Assembly (NCBI GenBank): GCA_046292385.1
Contig: JBKBRF010000018.1
Location: forward strand, 32,001 to 96,000
DNA: 64,000 nt
Reading direction: 5' to 3'
Source of the DNA: Armatimonadota bacterium
GTDB lineage: Bacteria > Armatimonadota > SYMT01
A program made the position numbers and the translations under genes. This document shows, piece after piece, positions 61,775 through 64,000 of this stretch. The notes below the pieces were generated by a model. That model had not been told where the DNA came from. It worked only from the letters and a program-made list of their open reading frames with translations, and ran no database searches. Every line of letters begins with the position of its first letter. Within the stretch, counting starts at the first letter, position 1.

Positions 61775-63067
61775 ATGAACCGCGCAGCCTCACAGGCACT
61801 CTTCGAGCGGGCCACGCGGCTCATCCCGGGCGGCGTGAACAGCCCGGTCCGCGCCTTCCGCTCCGTGGGCGGAAACCCGCTCTTCATCCGCGAAGCGCGC
61901 GGGGCGGTCCTGGTCGACGCCGACGGCAACGAGTACCTCGATTACGTCGGCTCGTGGGGTCCCATGATCCTCGGCCACGCCCACCCACGGGTGCTGCAGG
62001 CGGTGCACGCGGCGGTCGACCGCGGCACCAGCTTTGGCGCGCCGACCGAGCTGGAGGTGCAGCTCGCGGAGAAGATCGTCGCCGCGGTGCCCTCCGTGGA
62101 GGTGGTCCGGCTGGTCAACTCCGGCACGGAGGCGGTGATGTCCGCGCTGCGGCTGGCGCGCGGCTTCACCGGGCGGGACCGGATTCTGAAGTTCAACGGC
62201 TGCTACCACGGCCACTCGGACGGGCTGCTCAGCAGCGCGGGGTCCGGGCTCGCCACGCTCGGCATTCCGGACTGCCCCGGCGTCCCCGCCGCCTTCGCCT
62301 CGCTCACGACCAGCGTGCCGTTCAACGACCTCGACGCCGTTCGGGAGACGTTCCGGGAGGTCGGCGGCGAGATCGCGGCGGTGATCGTGGAGCCGGTGGC
62401 AGGCAACATGGGCTGCGTGCCGCCGGAGCCGGGCTTCCTGGAGGGCTTGCGGGAGATCACCGCGCAGCACGGCGCGCTGCTGGTGTTCGACGAGGTGATG
62501 ACCGGCTTCCGCCTCGCCTACGGGGGCGCGCAGGAGCGGTTCGGCATCACGCCGGACCTGACGACGCTCGGAAAGGTGGTCGGCGGCGGCTTCCCCCTGG
62601 CGGCGTACGGCGGCCGGCGGGAGATCATGCAGAAGATGGCGCCGGCCGGGCCGGTCTACCAGGCGGGGACGCTCTCCGGCAATCCGGTGGCGGTGAGCGC
62701 CGGGCTGGCGCAGCTCGAGCTCCTGGAAGACGGGACGGCCTATCCGCTGCTCGAGGCGCGCGGTCAGCAACTCGAAGACGGGCTTCGCGCGGCCGCGGCG
62801 GAGGCGGGAGTGCCGTGCGTGGTGAACCGGGTCGGCAGCATGATCACCGGCTTCTTCACCGATCGGCCGGTCCGCCGCTACGAGGACGCCCGCACCTGCG
62901 ACACGGAGCGGTTCGGCCGCTTCTTCCGCGCCATGCTCGACCGCGGCATCTACCTGGCGCCCAGCCAGTTCGAGGCGGCGTTCATCAGCACCGCGCACTC
63001 CGAGGCGGACATCCAGCGTACCGTGGACGCCGCGCGGGAGTGCCTCCGGGAGATCGCCGCCGGCTGA
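61775..63067 (+). CDS. hemL: Glutamate-1-semialdehyde 2,1-aminomutase
   Basis: IPGGVNSPVRAF, SWGPMILGH, NSGTEA, FDEVMTGFR, GKVVGGG.P, YQAGTLSGNP. Confidence 0.97.
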   Translation: MNRAASQALFERATRLIPGGVNSPVRAFRSVGGNPLFIREARGAVLVDADGNEYLDYVGSWGPMILGHAHPRVLQAVHAAVDRGTSFGAPTELEVQLAEKIVAAVPSVEVVRLVNSGTEAVMSALRLARGFTGRDRILKFNGCYHGHSDGLLSSAGSGLATLGIPDCPGVPAAFASLTTSVPFNDLDAVRETFREVGGEIAAVIVEPVAGNMGCVPPEPGFLEGLREITAQHGALLVFDEVMTGFRLAYGGAQERFGITPDLTTLGKVVGGGFPLAAYGGRREIMQKMAPAGPVYQAGTLSGNPVAVSAGLAQLELLEDGTAYPLLEARGQQLEDGLRAAAAEAGVPCVVNRVGSMITGFFTDRPVRRYEDARTCDTERFGRFFRAMLDRGIYLAPSQFEAAFISTAHSEADIQRTVDAARECLREIAAG

Positions 63068-63145
63068 ATCCGTTGATCGGCGGGAGTTGACTCCCGCCGG
63101 AACCAGGATCGGTAGTTTGCGGGTGGGCGGGAAGTGCTACCGGAG

Positions 63146-63348
63146 TCGCGCCTCGGACTGAAGTCGAGGCTACAGAGAGCGAAGCCCGCCTGCGCGGGCT
63201 CAGTTCTGCCGCCCCCACAGCCTCGCTGAACTTACGTCGCTCCCCTTCCCGGACCTGTGGCCAAGCGTCCTCGGGACGCCGGAGCCGGGCCCATCTGAGT
63301 GCCCGGAGGGGCACTTCGTGCCGTGGTTGCCGCGGTTTCAACCGCCCG
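63146..63348. repeat. REPIN-like inverted pair of TGAA-loop REP units
   Basis: Left unit matches 50841-50898, right unit matches 31271-31306; the two are related in inverted orientation. Confidence 0.75.
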
Positions 63349-63404
63349 GTAGCTACCATGCGACTAATCGGTGAGCTATCGTAACTCCCGGACTTCCTCA
63401 ACAC

Positions 63405-63439
63405 GAAAGGCCGAGGCAGGTAAACCGCCTCGGCCTTTC
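63405..63439. terminator. Bidirectional terminator hairpin
   Basis: GAAAGGCCGAGGC/GCCTCGGCCTTTC between convergent hemL and sigma gene. Confidence 0.75.
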
Positions 63440-63468
63440 TCTTTATAGTGAACGCGCTCGCTCGGCGG

Positions 63469-64000
63469 TTACGCCGCCAGGGCCAGGGCGTCGTCCTCCA
63501 GCCGCTCCCGCAGCTTTCGGAAGATCGCCTTCTCCCGGGAGTAGACCCCCTGCCGGGTCAATCCGAGGTCGCGCGCGATGTTCTCTACGTTCTCGCCGTC
63601 CAGGTAGTGGCGGCGGATCAACTGCTGCTGCTCCGGCTCCAGCGTGTTCAGCGCCGATTCCAGCGCCACCTGGCGCTCCGTCTGGAGCAGCGTCCGCTCC
63701 ACGTTCTCATCCGCCGGCACCTGGTCCACGAACCGGTCTTCGCCCCCATCATCCTTACCGCCGGAGATGAGCGAATCGAGGCTGAGTGTCACCTGCTCGC
63801 GCTCTGGGCGCCACTCGCGGTTCACCCCACGAATGATCATCCGCTCGATCGCGCGGCAGGCCAGGGTGGAGAACGACGTGTTCCGGGACGTGTCGAATGC
63901 GCGGGCCGCGTTGACGAGGCCCAGCATACCCCACGCGACCAGATCGTCGCGCTCCATATTCCCCACGTAGTACCGCTTCAGGTAGCGGTTGACCATGTAC
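63469..64000 (-). CDS. Sigma-70 family RNA polymerase sigma factor (5' end outside window)
   Basis: DDLVAWGMLGLVNAARAFD...SFSTLA (region 2) and IARDLGLTRQGV (region 4 HTH). Confidence 0.9.
   Translation of the reverse strand, partial: YMVNRYLKRYYVGNMERDDLVAWGMLGLVNAARAFDTSRNTSFSTLACRAIERMIIRGVNREWRPEREQVTLSLDSLISGGKDDGGEDRFVDQVPADENVERTLLQTERQVALESALNTLEPEQQQLIRRHYLDGENVENIARDLGLTRQGVYSREKAIFRKLRERLEDDALALAA

Overview
High-GC bacterial chromosomal segment. Gene content (a Planctomycete-type DUF1501/DUF1549-DUF1553 module, Tat-exported sugar enzymes, a HemD-HemE fusion) suggests an Armatimonadota/PVC-like organism, but this is inference only. Core genes are rpoZ-dnaJ-prmA, guaB, nrdR-nrdJ with two pairs of NrdR boxes, topA, ndk-hemL, hemD-hemE and a partial sigma factor. 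They alternate with carbohydrate/sulfate enzymes, a MoxR cluster, a DUF433/DUF5615 toxin-antitoxin pair and two tandem secreted ankyrin paralogs. I saw no rRNA, tRNA, CRISPR array or intact transposase. The most interesting signals are: (1) a ~230-300 nt intergenic element in 3 clear copies plus 1 diverged copy, with compensatory base changes and G-U pairs, which I cannot assign to a known RNA family; (2) a TlpA-like selenoprotein split by the ORF caller at an in-frame TGA (U-G-A-C) followed by a SECIS-like hairpin; (3) a eukaryote-like IMPDH; (4) an RNA polymerase omega subunit with a long acidic tail; (5) several REP/REPIN-like families plus a decayed IS200-like Y1 transposase. All family calls come from motifs recognised by eye, with no database searches.
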